Shown: one piece after another, positions 45,801 through 62,000 of the stretch | Layout: every line of letters starts with the position of its first letter | Position numbering within the stretch: the stretch's first letter is position 1 | Assembly: GCA_964016885.1 (NCBI GenBank) | Contig: OZ024742.1 | Span: 343,666,001-343,730,000 of the forward strand | DNA: 64,000 nucleotides | Direction of reading: 5' to 3' | DNA from: Eledone cirrhosa | Lineage: Eukaryota | Program-made: the position numbers and the translations under genes | The notes under the pieces: generated by a model | Seen by the model: the letters and a program-made list of their open reading frames with translations, nothing else | Told to the model about the DNA's origin: nothing | Database searches by the model: none

Positions 45801-48050
45801 ATATACTGAGATACACCCAGAGTATTGTATGGTATACTGAGATAGAGTCACAGTATGGTGTGATATACTGAGATACAGTGACAGTATGGTGTGGTACACT
45901 GAGATACACTCACAGTATGGTTTGATATACTGACATACAGTCACAGTATGGTGTGATATACTGAGATACAGTGACAGTATGGTGTGGTACACTGAGATAC
46001 AGTCACAGTATGGTTTGATATACTGAGATACAGTCACAGTATGGTGTGGTATACAGAGATACAGTCATAGTATGGTGTGGTACACTGAGATACAGTCACA
46101 GTATGGTGTGATATACTGAGATACACCCACAGTATTGTATGGTATACAGAGATACAGTCACAGTATGGTGTGATATATTGAGATACAGTCAGAGTATGGT
46201 GTGATATACTGAGATACAGTCAGAGTATGGTGTGATATACTGAGATACACCCACAGTATGGTGTGATATACAGAGATACACTCACAGTATGATGTGATAT
46301 ACAGAGATACAGTCACAGTATGGTGTGATATACTGAGATACAGTCACAGTATGGTGTGGTATACTGAGATACATTCAAAGTATGGTGTGAGATACTGAGA
46401 TACACCCACAGTGTGGTGTGATATACTGAACTACACCCACAGTATGGTGTGATATACTGAGATACAGTCCCTGTATGTTGTGGTACACAGAAATACAGTC
46501 ACAGAATGCTGTGAGATACTGAGATACAGTCACAGTATGGTGTGAGATACTGAGATACAGTCACAGCATGGTGTGAGATACTGAGATACAGTCACAGTAT
46601 GGTGTGGTTTACTGAGATACAGTCACAGTATGGTGTGATATACTGAGATACACTCACAGTATGGTGTGGTACACTGAGATACAGTCACAGTATGGTGTGA
46701 TATACTGAGATACAGTCACATTATGGTGTGAGATACTGAGATACAGTCACAGTATGGTGTGGTATACTGAGATACAATCACAGTATGGTGTGGCATACTG
46801 AGATACAGTCACAGTATGGTGTGGTACACTGAGATACAGTCACAGTATGGTGTGAGATACTGAGATACAGTCACAGTATGGTGTGATATACTGAGATACA
46901 GTCACAGTATGGTGTGAGATACTGAGATACAGTCACAGTATGGTGTGGTACACTAAGATACAGTCACAGTATGGTGTGGTTTACTGAGATACAGATACAG
47001 TATGGTGTGAGATACTGAGATACAGTCAAAGTATGGTGTGGTACACTGAGATACAGTCACAGTATGGTGTGATATACTGAGATACAGTCACAGTATGGTG
47101 TGAGATACTGAGATACAGTCACAGTAAGGTGTGCTACACTGAGATACAGTCACAGTATGGTGTGATATACTGAGATACACTCACAGTATGGTGTGGTACA
47201 CTGAGATACAGTCACAGTATGGTGTGATATACTGAGATACAGTCACAGTATGGTGTGAGATACTGAGATACAGTCACAGTATGGTGTGGTATACTGAGAT
47301 ACAATCACAGTATGGTGTGGCATACTGAGATACAGTCACAGTATGGTGTGGTACACTGAGATACAGTCACAGTATGGTGTGAGATACTGAGATACAGTCA
47401 CAGTATGGTGTGATATACTGAGATACAGTCACAGTATGGTGTGAGATACTGAGATACAGTCACAGTATGGTGTGGTACACTGATATACAGTCACAGTATG
47501 GTGTGATATACTGAGATATAGTCACAGTAGGGTGTGAGATACTGAGATACAGTCACAGTAAGGTGTGCTACACTGAGATACAGTCACAGTATGGTGTGAG
47601 ATACTGAGATACAGTCAAAGTATGGTGTGGTACACTGAGATACAGTCACAGTATGGTGTGATATACTGAGATACAGTCACAGTATGGTGTGAGATACTGA
47701 GATAGAGGTCACAGTATGGTGTGGTATACTGAGATACAGTCACAGTAAGATGTGCTACACTGATATACAGTCATAGTATGGTGTGATATACTGAGAGACA
47801 CCCACAGTATGGTGTGGTACACTGAGATACAGTCAGAGTGTGGTGTGGTATACTGAGATACAGTCACAGTATGCTGTGAGATACTGAGATACAATCACAG
47901 TATGGTGTGGTATACTGAGATACAGTCACATTATGGTGTGAGATACTGAGATACAGTCACAGTATGTTGTGATATACTGAGATACAGTCACAGTATGGTG
48001 TGGTATACTGAGATACAGTCACAGTATGGTGTGGTATACAGAGATACAGT
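30650..48050. repeat. Three tandem copies of a ~6.1-kb (198-monomer) HOR: ~30650-36790, ~36790-42620 (rearranged, 5829 bp), ~42620-48050 (truncated); a further copy lies at ~14930-21050
   Basis: Offsets 30656->36795 = 6139 (198x31+1), 36795->42624 = 5829 (188x31+1), 41570->47709 = 6139. Diagnostic variants GGTGGGAGAT, GTCCCTGTATGTTG and GTAAGATGTGCTAC occur once per unit. Confidence 0.88.
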
Positions 48051-51000
48051 CACAGTATGGTGTGGTATATTGAGATACATTCACAGTATGGTGTCATAAA
48101 CTGAGATACAGTCACAGTATGGTGTGATATACTGAGATACAGTCACAGTATGGTGTGGTTTACTGAGATACAGTCACAGTAAGGTGTGATATACTGAGAT
48201 ACAGTCACAGTATGGTGTGATATACTGACATACAGTCACAGTATGGTGTGGTATACTGATATACAGTCACAGTATGGTGTGGTATACTGAGATACAGTCA
48301 CAGTATGGTGTGGTACACTGAGATACATTCACAGTATGGTGTGGTATACTGAGATACCCCCACAGTATGGTGTGATATACTGAGATACAGTCACAGTATG
48401 GTGTGATATACTGAGATACTGTCACAGTATGGTGTGAGATACTGAGATACAGTCACAGGATGGCGTGGTTTACTGAGATACATTCACAGTATGGTGTGAT
48501 ATACTGAGATACAGTCACAGCATCGTGTGATATACTGACATACAGTCACACTATGGTGTGCTATACTGAGATACACTCACAGTATGGTGTGATATACTGA
48601 GATACACTCACAGTATGGTGTGTTACACTGAGATACACTCACAGTATGGTGTGGTACCCTGAGATACACTCACAGTATGGTGTGGTATACTGAGATACCC
48701 CCACAGTATGGCGTGATATACTGAGATACACCCACAGTATGGTGTGATATACTGAGATACAGTCACAGTATGGTGTGGTACACTGAGATACAGTCACAGT
48801 ATGGTGTGGTACACAGAAATATAGTCACAGAATGCTGTGAGATACTGAGATACAGTCACAGTATGGTGTGAGATACTGAGATACAGTCACAGTATGGTGT
48901 GAGATACTGAGATACAGTCACAGTATGGTGTGGTTTACTGAGATACAGTCACAGTAAGGTGTGATACACTGATATACAGTCACAGTATGGTGTGATATAC
49001 TGAGATACACCCACAGTATGGTGTGGTACACTGAGATACAGTCAGAGTGTGGTGTGGTATACTGAGATACAGTCACAGTATGCTGTGAGATACTGAGATA
49101 CAATCACAGTATGGTGTGGTATACTGAGATACAGTCACATTATGGTGTGAGATACTGAGATACAGTCACAGTATGGTGTGGTATACAGAGATACAGTCAC
49201 AGTATGGTGTGGTATATTGAGATACAGTCACAGTATGGTGTCATAAACTGAGATACAGTCACAGTATGGTGTGATATACTGAGATACACTCACAGTATGG
49301 TGTGGTACACTGAGATACAGTCACAGTATGGTGTGATATACTGAGATACAGTCACAGTATGGTGTGAGATACTGAGATACAGTCACAGTATGGTGTGGTA
49401 TACTGAGATACAGTCACAGTATGGTGTGGTATACTGAGATACAGTCACAGTATGGTGTGGTACACTGAGATACATTCACAGTATGGTGTGGTATACTGAG
49501 ATACCCCCACAGTATGGCGTGATATACTGAGATACAGTCACAGTATGGTGTGATATACTGAGATACAGTCACAGTATGGTGTGAGGTACTGAGATACAGT
49601 CACAGGATGGTGTGGTTTACTGAGATACATTCACAGTATGGTGTGATATACAGAGATACAGTCACAGCATCGTGTGATATACTGACATACAGTCACACTA
49701 TGGTGTGCTATACTGAGATACACTCACAGTATGGTGTGATATACTGAGATACACTCACAGTATGGTGTGGTACACTGAGATACACTCACAGTATGGTGTG
49801 GTACCCTGAGATACACTCACAGTATGGTGTGGTATACTGAGATACCCCCACAGTATGGCGTGATATACTGAGATACACCCACAGTATGGTGTGATATACT
49901 GAGATACAGTCACAGTATGGTGTTTTACACTGAGATACAGTCAGTGTATGGTGTGAGATACTGAGATACAGTCACAGTATGGTGTGGTATACTGAGATAC
50001 AGTCACAGTATGGTGTGATATACTGAGATACAGTCACAGCATCGTGTGATATACTGACATACAGTCACACTATGGTGTGCTATACTGAGATACACTCACA
50101 GTATGGTGTGGTACACTGAGATACACTCACAGTATGGTGTGGTACCCTGAGATACACTCACAGTATGGTGTGGTATACTGAGATACAGTCACAGTATGGT
50201 GTAATATACTGAGATACAGTCTCAGTATGGTGCGGTACACTGAGATACAATCACAGTATGGTGTGATATACTGAGATACACCCACAGTATGGTGTGGTAC
50301 ACTGAGATACAGTCACAGTATGGTGTGATATACTGAGATACAGTCACAGTATGGTGTTGTATACTGAGATACAGTCACAGTATGGTGTGGTTTACTGAGA
50401 TACAGTCACAATATGGTGTGAGATACTGAGATACACTCACAGTATGGTGTGGTACACTGAGATACAGTCACAGTATGGTGTGATATACTGAGATACAGTC
50501 ACAGTATGGTGTGGTACACTGAGATACAGTCACAATATGGTGTGAGATACTGAGATACAGTCACAATATGGTGTGATATAATGAGATACAGTCACAGTAT
50601 GGTGTGATATACTGAGATACAGTCATAATATGGTGTGGTATACTGAGATACAGTCACAGTATGGTGTGATATACTGAGATACACCCAGAGTATTGTATGG
50701 TATACTGAGATAGAGTCACAGTATGGTGTGATATACTGAGATACAGTGACAGTATGGTGTGGTACACGGAGATACAGTCACAGTATGGTTTGATATACTG
50801 ACATACAGTCACAGTATGGTGTGATATACTGAGATACAGTGACAGTATGGTGTGGTACACTGAGATACAGTCACAGTATGGTTTGATATACTGAGATACG
50901 GTCACAGTATGGTGTGGTATACTGAAATACAGTCACAGTATGGTGTGGTACACTAAGATACAGTCACAGTATGGTGTGACATACTGAGATACAGTCACAG

Positions 51001-53099
51001 TATGGTGTGAGATACTGAGATACAGTCACAGTATGGTGTGATATACTGAGATACAGTCAGAGTATGGTGTGGTATACTGAGATACAGTCACAGTATGGTG
51101 TGGTATACTGAGATACAGTCACAGTATGGTGTGATATACTGAGATACAGTCACAGTATGGAGTGGTATACTGAGATACAGTCACAGTATGGTGTGGTATA
51201 CTGAGATACAGTCACAGTATGGTGTGGTACACTGAGATACATTCACAGTATGGTGTGGTATACTGAGATACACCCACAGTATGGTGTGATATACTGAGAT
51301 ACAGTCACAGTATGGTGTGATATACTGAGATACAGTCACAGTATGGTGTGAGATACTGAGATACAGTCACAGGATGGTGTGGTTTACTGAGATACAGTTA
51401 CAGTATGGTGTGATATACCGAGATACAGTCACAGTATGGTGTGGTACACTGAGATACAGTCACAGTATGGTGTGAGATACTGAGATACAGTCACAGTATG
51501 GTGTGGTACACTGAGATACAGTCACAGTATGGTGTGATATACTGAGATACAGTCACAGTATGGTGTGGTATACTGAGATACAGTCACAGTATGGTGTGAT
51601 ATACTGAGATACAGTGACAGTATGGTGTGGTACACTGAGATACAGTCACAGTATGGTGTGATATACTGAGATACACCCACAGTATTGTATGGTATACTGA
51701 GATAGAGTCACAGTATGGTGTGATATACTGAGATACAGTCACAGTATGGTGTGATATACTGAGATACAGTCACAGTATGTTGTGGTACACTGAGATACTG
51801 TCACAATATGGTGTGAGATACTGAGATACAGTCACAATATGGTGTGATATAATGAGATACAGTCACAGTATGGTGTGATATACTGAGATACAGTCAGAGT
51901 ATTGTATGGTATACTGAGATAGAGTCACAGTATGGTGTGATATACTGAGATACAGTGACAGTATGGTGTGGTACACTGAGATACAGTCACAGTATGGTTT
52001 GATATACTGACATACAGTCACAGTATGGTGTGATATACTGAGATACAGTGACAGTATGGTGTGGTACACTGAGATACAGTCACAGTATGGTTTGATATAC
52101 TGAGATACAGTCACAGTATGGTGTGGTATACTGAGATACAGTCACAGTATGGCGTGGTACAGTGAGATACAGTCACAGTATGGTGTGATATACTGAGATA
52201 CACCCACAGTATTGTATGGTATACAGAGATACAGTCACAGTATGGTGTAATATATTGAGATACAGTCAGAGTATGGTGTGATATACTGAGATACAGTCAG
52301 AGTATGGTGTGATATACTGAGATACACCCACAGTATGGTGTGATATACAGAGATACACTCACAGTATGATGTGATATACAGAGATACAGTCACAGTATGG
52401 TGTGATATACTGAGATACAGTGACAGTATGGTGTGGTACACGGAGATACAGTCACAGTGTGGTTTGATATACTGACATACAGTCACAGTATGGTGTGATA
52501 TACTGAGATACAGTGACAGTATGGTGTGGTACACTGAGATACAGTCACAGTATGGTTTGATATACTGAGATACGGTCACAGTATGGTGTGGTATACTGAA
52601 ATACAGTCACAGTATGGTGTGGTACACTAAGATACAGTCACAGTATGGTGTGATATACTGAGATACACCCACAGTATTGTATGGTATACAGAGATACAGT
52701 CACAGTATTGTGTGATATATTGAGATACTGTCACAGTATGGTGTGGTATACTGAGATACTGTCAGAGTATGGTGTGATATACTGAGATACACCCACAGTA
52801 TGGTGTGATATACAGAGATACAGTCACAGTATGGTGTGATATACTGAGATACAATCACAGTATGGTGTGGTATACTGAGATACATTCACAGTAAGGTGTG
52901 AGATACTGAGATACACCCACAGTGTGGTGTGATATACTGAACTACACCCACAGTATGGTGTGATATACTGAGATACAGTCACAGTATGGTGTGGTACACA
53001 GAGATACAGTCACAGTATGGTGTGAGATACTGAGATACAGTCACAGTATGGTGTGAGATACTGAGATACAGTCACAGTATGGTGTGGTTTACTGAGATA

Positions 53100-56000
53100 C
53101 AGTCACAGTATGGTGTGATATACTGAGATACACCCACAGTATGGTGTGGTACACTGAGATACAGTCACAGTATGGTGTGATATACTGAGATACAGTCACA
53201 GTATGGTGTGAGATACTGAGATACAGTCACAGTATGGTGTGGTATACTGAGATACAATCACAGTATGGTGTGGCATACTGAGATAGAGTCACAGTATGGT
53301 GTGGTACACTGAGATACAGTCACAGTATGGTGTGAGATACTGAGATACAGTCACAGTATTGTGTGATATACTGAGATACAGTCACAGTATGGTGTGAGAT
53401 ACTGAGATACAGTCACAGTATGGTGTGGTACACTGAGATACAGTCACAGTATGGTGTGGTTTACTGAGATACAGTCACAGTATGGTGTGAGATACTGAGA
53501 TACAGTTAAAGTATGGTGTGGTACACTGAGATACAGTCACAGTATGGTGTGATATACTGAGATACAGTCACAGTATGGTGTGAGATACTGAGATACAGTC
53601 ACAGTATGGTGTGGTATACTGAGATACAGTCACAGTAATGTGTGATATACTGAGATACAGTCACAGTATGGTGTGGTATACTGAGATACAGTCACAGTAT
53701 GGTGTGGTACACTGAGATACAGTCACAGTATGGTGTGATATACTGAGATACAGTCACAGTATCGTGTGGTATACTGAGATACAATCACAGTATTGAGTGA
53801 TATACTGAGATACAGTCACAGTATGGTGTGATATACTGAGATACACCCACAGTATGGTGTGGTACACTGAGATAGAGTCACAGTATGGTGTGATATACTG
53901 AGATACAGTCACAGTATGGTGTGAGATACTGAGATACAGTCACAGTATGGTGTGGTTTAATGAGATAGATTCACAGTATGGTGTGATATACTGAGATACA
54001 GTCACAGTATGGTGTGGTACACTGAGATACAGTCACAGTATGGTGTGAGATACTGAGATACAGTCACAGTATGGTGTGGTATACTGAGATACAGTCACAG
54101 TATGGTGTGATATACTGAGATACAGTCACAGCATCGTGTGATATACTGACATACAGTCACACTATGGTGTGCTATACTGAGATACACTCACAGTATGTTG
54201 TGGTACACTGAGATACACTCACAGTATGGTATGGTACCCTGAGATACACTCACAGTATGGTGTGATATACTGAGATACAGTCACAGTATGGTGTGGTACA
54301 CTGAGATACAGTCACAGCATGGTGTGATATACTGAGATACACTCACAGTATGGTGTGGTACACTGAGATACAGTCACAGTATGGTGTGGTATACTGAGAT
54401 ACAGTCACAGTATGGTGTGATATACTGAGATACAGTCACAGTATGGTGTGGTACACTGAGATACAGTCACAGCATGGTGTGATATACTGAGATACACTCA
54501 CAGTATGGTGTGGTATACTGAGATACAGTCACAGTATGGTGTGGAACACTGAGATACAGTCACAATATGGTGTGGTATACTGAGATACCCCCGATGTATG
54601 GTGTGATATACTGAGATACAGTCACAGTATGGTGTGATATACTGAGATACAGTCACAGTATGGTGTGAGATACTGAGATACAGTCACAGTATGGTGTGGT
54701 TTACTGAGATACAGTCACAGTATGGTGTGATATACTAAGATACACCCACAGTATGGTGTAGTACACTGAGATACAGTCACAGTATGGTGTTTGATACTGA
54801 GATGCACTCACAGTATGGTGTGATATACTGAGATACACTCACAGTATGGTGTGAGATACTGAGATACAGTCACAGTATGGTGTGGTTTACTGACATACAG
54901 TCACCGTATGGTGTGGTATACTGAGATACAGTCACAGTATGGTGTGATATACTGAGATACAGTCACAGTATGGTGTGATATACTGAGATACACCCACAGA
55001 ATGGTTTGGTACACTGAGATACAGTCAGAGTGTGGTGTGGTATACTGAGATACAGTCACAGTATGGTGTGAGATACTGAGATACAGCCTCAGTATGGTGT
55101 GGTATACTGAGATACAATCACAGTATGGTGTGGCATACTGAGATACAGTCACAGTATGGTGTGGTACACTGAGATACAGTCACAGTATGGTGTGAGATAC
55201 TGAGATACAGTCACAATATGGTGTGAGATACTGAGATACAGTCACAGTATGGTGTGATATACTGAGATACAGTCACAGTATGGTGTGGTATACTGAGATA
55301 CAGTTACAGTATGGTGTGGTATACTGAGATACAGTCACAGTATGGTGTGATAAACTGAGATACACTCACAGTATGGTGTGATATACTGAGATACAGTCAC
55401 AGTATGGTGTGATATACTGAGATACAGTCACAGTATGGTGTGGTATACTGAGATACAGTCACAGTATGGTGTGGTATACTGAGATACAGTCACAGTATGG
55501 TGTGGTACACTGAGATACAGTCACAGTATGGTGTGGTTTACTGAGATACAGTCACAGATGGTGTGATAAACTGAGAGACACCCACAGTATGGTGTGATAT
55601 ACTGAGATACACCGACAGTATGGTGTGATATACTGAGATACACCCACAGTATGGTGTGATATACTGAGATACAGTCACATTATGGTGTGATATACTGAGA
55701 TACAGTCACAGTATGGTGTGGTATACTGAGATACAGTCACAGTATGGTGTGGTACACTGAGATACAGTCACAGTATGGTGTGATATACTGAGATACAGTC
55801 ACAGTATGGTGTGAGATACTGAGATACAGTCACAGTATGGTGTGGTATACTGAGATACAATCACAGTATGGTGTGGCATACTGAGATACAGTCACAGTAT
55901 GGTGTGGTACACTGAGATACAGTCACAGTATGGTGTGAGATACTGAGATACAGTCACAGTATGGTGTGATATACTGAGATACAGTCACAGTATGGTGTGA

Positions 56001-59000
56001 GATACTGAGATACAGTCACAGTATGGTGTGGTACACTGAGATACAGTCACAGTATGGTGTGGTTTACTGAGATACAGTCACAGTATTGTGTGAGATACTG
56101 AGATACAGTCAAAGTATGGTGTGGTACACTGAGATACAGTCACAGTATGGTGTGATAAACTGAGATACAGTCACATTATGGTGTGAGATACTGAGATACA
56201 GTCACAGTATGGTGTGGTATACTGAGATACAGTCACAGTATGGTGTGGTATACAGAGATACAGTCACAGTATGGTGTGGTATACTGAGATACATTCACAG
56301 TATGGTGTCATAAACTTAGATACAGTCACAGTATGGTGTGATATACTGAGATACAGTCACAGTATGGTGTGGTATACTTAGATACAGTCACAGTATGGTG
56401 TGATATACTGAGATACAGTCACAGTATGCTGTGATATACTGAGATACAGTCACAGTATGGTGTGGTATACTGAGATACAGTCACAGTATGGTGTGGTATA
56501 CTGAGATACAGTCACAGTATGGTGTGGTACACTGAGATACATTCACAGTATGGTGTGGTATACTGAGATACCCCACAGTATGGTGTGATATACTGAGATA
56601 CAGTCACAGTATGGTGTGATATACTGAGATACAGTCACAGTATGGTGTGAGATACTGAGATACAGTCACAGTATGGTGTGGGTTACTGAGATACATTCAC
56701 AGTATGGTGTGATATACTGAGATAGAGTCACAGTATGGTGTGGTACACTGAGATACAGTCACAGTATGGTGTGATATACTGAGATACAGTCACAGTATGG
56801 TGTGGTATACTGAGATATAGTCACAGTATGGTGTGATATACTGAGATACAGTCACAGCATCGTGTGATATACTGACATACAGTCACACTATGGTGTGCTA
56901 TACTGAGATACACTCACAGTATGTTGTGGTACACTGAGATACACTCACAGTATGGTGTGGTACCCTGAGATACACTCACAGTATGGTGTGATATACTGAG
57001 ATACAGTCACAGTATGGTGTGGTACACTGAGATACAGTCACAGAATGGTGTGATATACTGAGATACACTCACAGTATGGTGTGGTACACTGAGATACAGT
57101 CACAGTATGGTGTGGTATACTGAGATACAGTCACAGTATGGTGTGATATACTGAGATACAGTCACAGTATGGTGTGGTACACTGAGATACAGTCACAGCA
57201 TGGTGTGATATACTGAGATACACTCACAGTATGGTGTGGTATACTGAGATACAGTCACAGTATGGTGTGGAACACTGAGATACAGTCACAATATGGTGTG
57301 GTATACTGAGATACCCCCGATGTATGGTGTGATATACTGAGATACAGTCACAGTATGGTGTGATATACTGAGATACAGTCACAGTATGGTGTGAGATACT
57401 GAGATACAGTCACAGTATGGTGTGGTTTACTGAGATACAGTCACAGATGGTGTGATAAACTGAGAGACACCCACAGTATGGTGTGATATATTGAGATACA
57501 CCCACAGTATGGTGTGATATACTGAGATACACCCACAGTATGGTGTGATATACTGAGATACAGTCACATTATGGTGTGATATACTGAGATACAGTCACAG
57601 TATGGTGTGGTATACTGAGATACAGTCACAGTATGGTGTGGTACACTGAGATACAGTCACAGTATGGTGTGATATACTGAGATACAGTCACAGTATGGTG
57701 TGAGATACTGAGATACAGTCACAGTATGGTGTGGTATACTGAGATACAATCACAGTATGGTGTGGCATACTGAGATACAGTCACAGTATGGTGTGGTACA
57801 CTGAGATACAGTCACAGTATGGTGTGAGATACTGAGATACAGTCACAGTATGGTGTGATATACTGAGATACAGTCACAGTATGGTGTGAGATACTGAGAT
57901 ACAGTCACAGTATGGTGTGGTACACTGAGATACAGTCACAGTATGGTGTGGTTTACTGAGATACAGTCACAGTATGGTGTGAGATACTGAGATACAGTCA
58001 CAGTATGGTGTGATATACTGAGATACACCCACAGTATGGTGTGGTACACTGAGATACAGTCACAGTATGGTGTGATATACTGAGATACAGTCACAGTATG
58101 GTGTGAGATACTGAGATACAGTCACAGTATGGTGTGGTATACTGAGATACAATCACAGTATGGTGTGGCATACTGAGATAGAGTCACAGTATGGTGTGGT
58201 ACACTGAGATACAGTCACAGTATGGTGTGAGATACTGAGATACAGTCACAGTATTGTGTGATATACTGAGATACAGTCACAGTATGGTGTGAGATACTGA
58301 GATACAGTCACAGTATGGTGTGGTACACTGAGATACAGTCACAGTATGGTGTGGTTTACTGAGATACAGTCACAGTATGGTGTGAGATACTGAGATACAG
58401 TTAAAGTATGGTGTGGTACACTGAGATACAGTCACAGTATGGTGTGATATACTGAGATACAGTCACAGTATGGTGTGAGATACTGAGATACAGTCACAGT
58501 ATGGTGTGGTATACTGAGATACAGTCACAGTAATGTGTGATATACTGAGATACAGTCACAGTATGGTGTGGTATACTGAGATACAGTCACAGTATGGTGT
58601 GGTACACTGAGATACAGTCACAGTATGGTGTGATATACTGAGATACAGTCACAGTATCGTGTGGTATACTGAGATACAATCACAGTATTGAGTGATATAC
58701 TGAGATACAGTCACAGTATGGTGTGATATACTGAGATACACCCACAGTATGGTGTGGTACACTGAGATAGAGTCACAGTATGGTGTGATATACTGAGATA
58801 CAGTCACAGTATGGTGTGAGATACTGAGATACAGTCACAGTATGGTGTGGTTTAATGAGATAGATTCACAGTATGGTGTGATATACTGAGATACAGTCAC
58901 AGTATGGTGTGGTACACTGAGATACAGTCACAGTATGGTGTGAGATACTGAGATACAGTCACAGTATGGTGTGGTATACTGAGATACAGTCACAGTATGG

Positions 59001-62000
59001 TGTGATATACTGAGATACAGTCACAGCATCGTGTGATATACTGACATACAGTCACACTATGGTGTGCTATACTGAGATACACTCACAGTATGTTGTGGTA
59101 CACTGAGATACACTCACAGTATGGTATGGTACCCTGAGATACACTCACAGTATGGTGTGATATACTGAGATACAGTCACAGTATGGTGTGGTACACTGAG
59201 ATACAGTCACAGCATGGTGTGATATACTGAGATACACTCACAGTATGGTGTGGTACACTGAGATACAGTCACAGTATGGTGTGGTATACTGAGATACAGT
59301 CACAGTATGGTGTGATATACTGAGATACAGTCACAGTATGGTGTGGTACACTGAGATACAGTCACAGCATGGTGTGATATACTGAGATACACTCACAGTA
59401 TGGTGTGGTATACTGAGATACAGTCACAGTATGGTGTGGAACACTGAGATACAGTCACAATATGGTGTGGTATACTGAGATACCCCCGATGTATGGTGTG
59501 ATATACTGAGATACAGTCACAGTATGGTGTGATATACTGAGATACAGTCACAGTATGGTGTGAGATACTGAGATACAGTCACAGTATGGTGTGGTTTACT
59601 GAGATACAGTCACAGTATGGTGTGATATACTAAGATACACCCACAGTATGGTGTAGTACACTGAGATACAGTCACAGTATGGTGTTTGATACTGAGATGC
59701 ACTCACAGTATGGTGTGATATACTGAGATACACTCACAGTATGGTGTGAGATACTGAGATACAGTCACAGTATGGTGTGGTTTACTGACATACAGTCACC
59801 GTATGGTGTGGTATACTGAGATACAGTCACAGTATGGTGTGATATACTGAGATACAGTCACAGTATGGTGTGATATACTGAGATACACCCACAGAATGGT
59901 TTGGTACACTGAGATACAGTCAGAGTGTGGTGTGGTATACTGAGATACAGTCACAGTATGGTGTGAGATACTGAGATACAGCCTCAGTATGGTGTGGTAT
60001 ACTGAGATACAATCACAGTATGGTGTGGCATACTGAGATACAGTCACAGTATGGTGTGGTACACTGAGATACAGTCACAGTATGGTGTGAGATACTGAGA
60101 TACAGTCACAATATGGTGTGAGATACTGAGATACAGTCACAGTATGGTGTGATATACTGAGATACAGTCACAGTATGGTGTGGTATACTGAGATACAGTT
60201 ACAGTATGGTGTGGTATACTGAGATACAGTCACAGTATGGTGTGATAAACTGAGATACACTCACAGTATGGTGTGATATACTGAGATACAGTCACAGTAT
60301 GGTGTGATATACTGAGATACAGTCACAGTATGGTGTGGTATACTGAGATACAGTCACAGTATGGTGTGGTATACTGAGATACAGTCACAGTATGGTGTGG
60401 TACACTGAGATACAGTCACAGTATGGTGTGGTTTACTGAGATACAGTCACAGATGGTGTGATAAACTGAGAGACACCCACAGTATGGTGTGATATACTGA
60501 GATACACCGACAGTATGGTGTGATATACTGAGATACACCCACAGTATGGTGTGATATACTGAGATACAGTCACATTATGGTGTGATATACTGAGATACAG
60601 TCACAGTATGGTGTGGTATACTGAGATACAGTCACAGTATGGTGTGGTACACTGAGATACAGTCACAGTATGGTGTGATATACTGAGATACAGTCACAGT
60701 ATGGTGTGAGATACTGAGATACAGTCACAGTATGGTGTGGTATACTGAGATACAATCACAGTATGGTGTGGCATACTGAGATACAGTCACAGTATGGTGT
60801 GGTACACTGAGATACAGTCACAGTATGGTGTGAGATACTGAGATACAGTCACAGTATGGTGTGATATACTGAGATACAGTCACAGTATGGTGTGAGATAC
60901 TGAGATACAGTCACAGTATGGTGTGGTACACTGAGATACAGTCACAGTATGGTGTGGTTTACTGAGATACAGTCACAGTATTGTGTGAGATACTGAGATA
61001 CAGTCAAAGTATGGTGTGGTACACTGAGATACAGTCACAGTATGGTGTGATAAACTGAGATACAGTCACATTATGGTGTGAGATACTGAGATACAGTCAC
61101 AGTATGGTGTGGTATACTGAGATACAGTCACAGTATGGTGTGGTATACAGAGATACAGTCACAGTATGGTGTGGTATACTGAGATACATTCACAGTATGG
61201 TGTCATAAACTTAGATACAGTCACAGTATGGTGTGATATACTGAGATACAGTCACAGTATGGTGTGGTATACTTAGATACAGTCACAGTATGGTGTGATA
61301 TACTGAGATACAGTCACAGTATGCTGTGATATACTGAGATACAGTCACAGTATGGTGTGGTATACTGAGATACAGTCACAGTATGGTGTGGTATACTGAG
61401 ATACAGTCACAGTATGGTGTGGTACACTGAGATACATTCACAGTATGGTGTGGTATACTGAGATACCCCACAGTATGGTGTGATATACTGAGATACAGTC
61501 ACAGTATGGTGTGATATACTGAGATACAGTCACAGTATGGTGTGAGATACTGAGATACAGTCACAGTATGGTGTGGGTTACTGAGATACATTCACAGTAT
61601 GGTGTGATATACTGAGATAGAGTCACAGTATGGTGTGGTACACTGAGATACAGTCACAGTATGGTGTGATATACTGAGATACAGTCACAGTATGGTGTGG
61701 TATACTGAGATATAGTCACAGTATGGTGTGATATACTGAGATACAGTCACAGCATCGTGTGATATACTGACATACAGTCACACTATGGTGTGCTATACTG
61801 AGATACACTCACAGTATGTTGTGGTACACTGAGATACACTCACAGTATGGTGTGGTACCCTGAGATACACTCACAGTATGGTGTGATATACTGAGATACA
61901 GTCACAGTATGGTGTGGTACACTGAGATACAGTCACAGAATGGTGTGATATACTGAGATACACTCACAGTATGGTGTGGTACACTGAGATACAGTCACAG

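Noticed and set aside
1513-60047. Dozens of minus-strand ORFs encoding ...TVSQYTTPYCDCISVYHTIL...YLSISHH...
   Set aside because: They are translations of three monomers (93 bp = 31 codons). The single minus-strand TGA per monomer (from GTCAC) is occasionally removed by ACC or GTGA variants. All are <=114 aa and recur with the HOR period.
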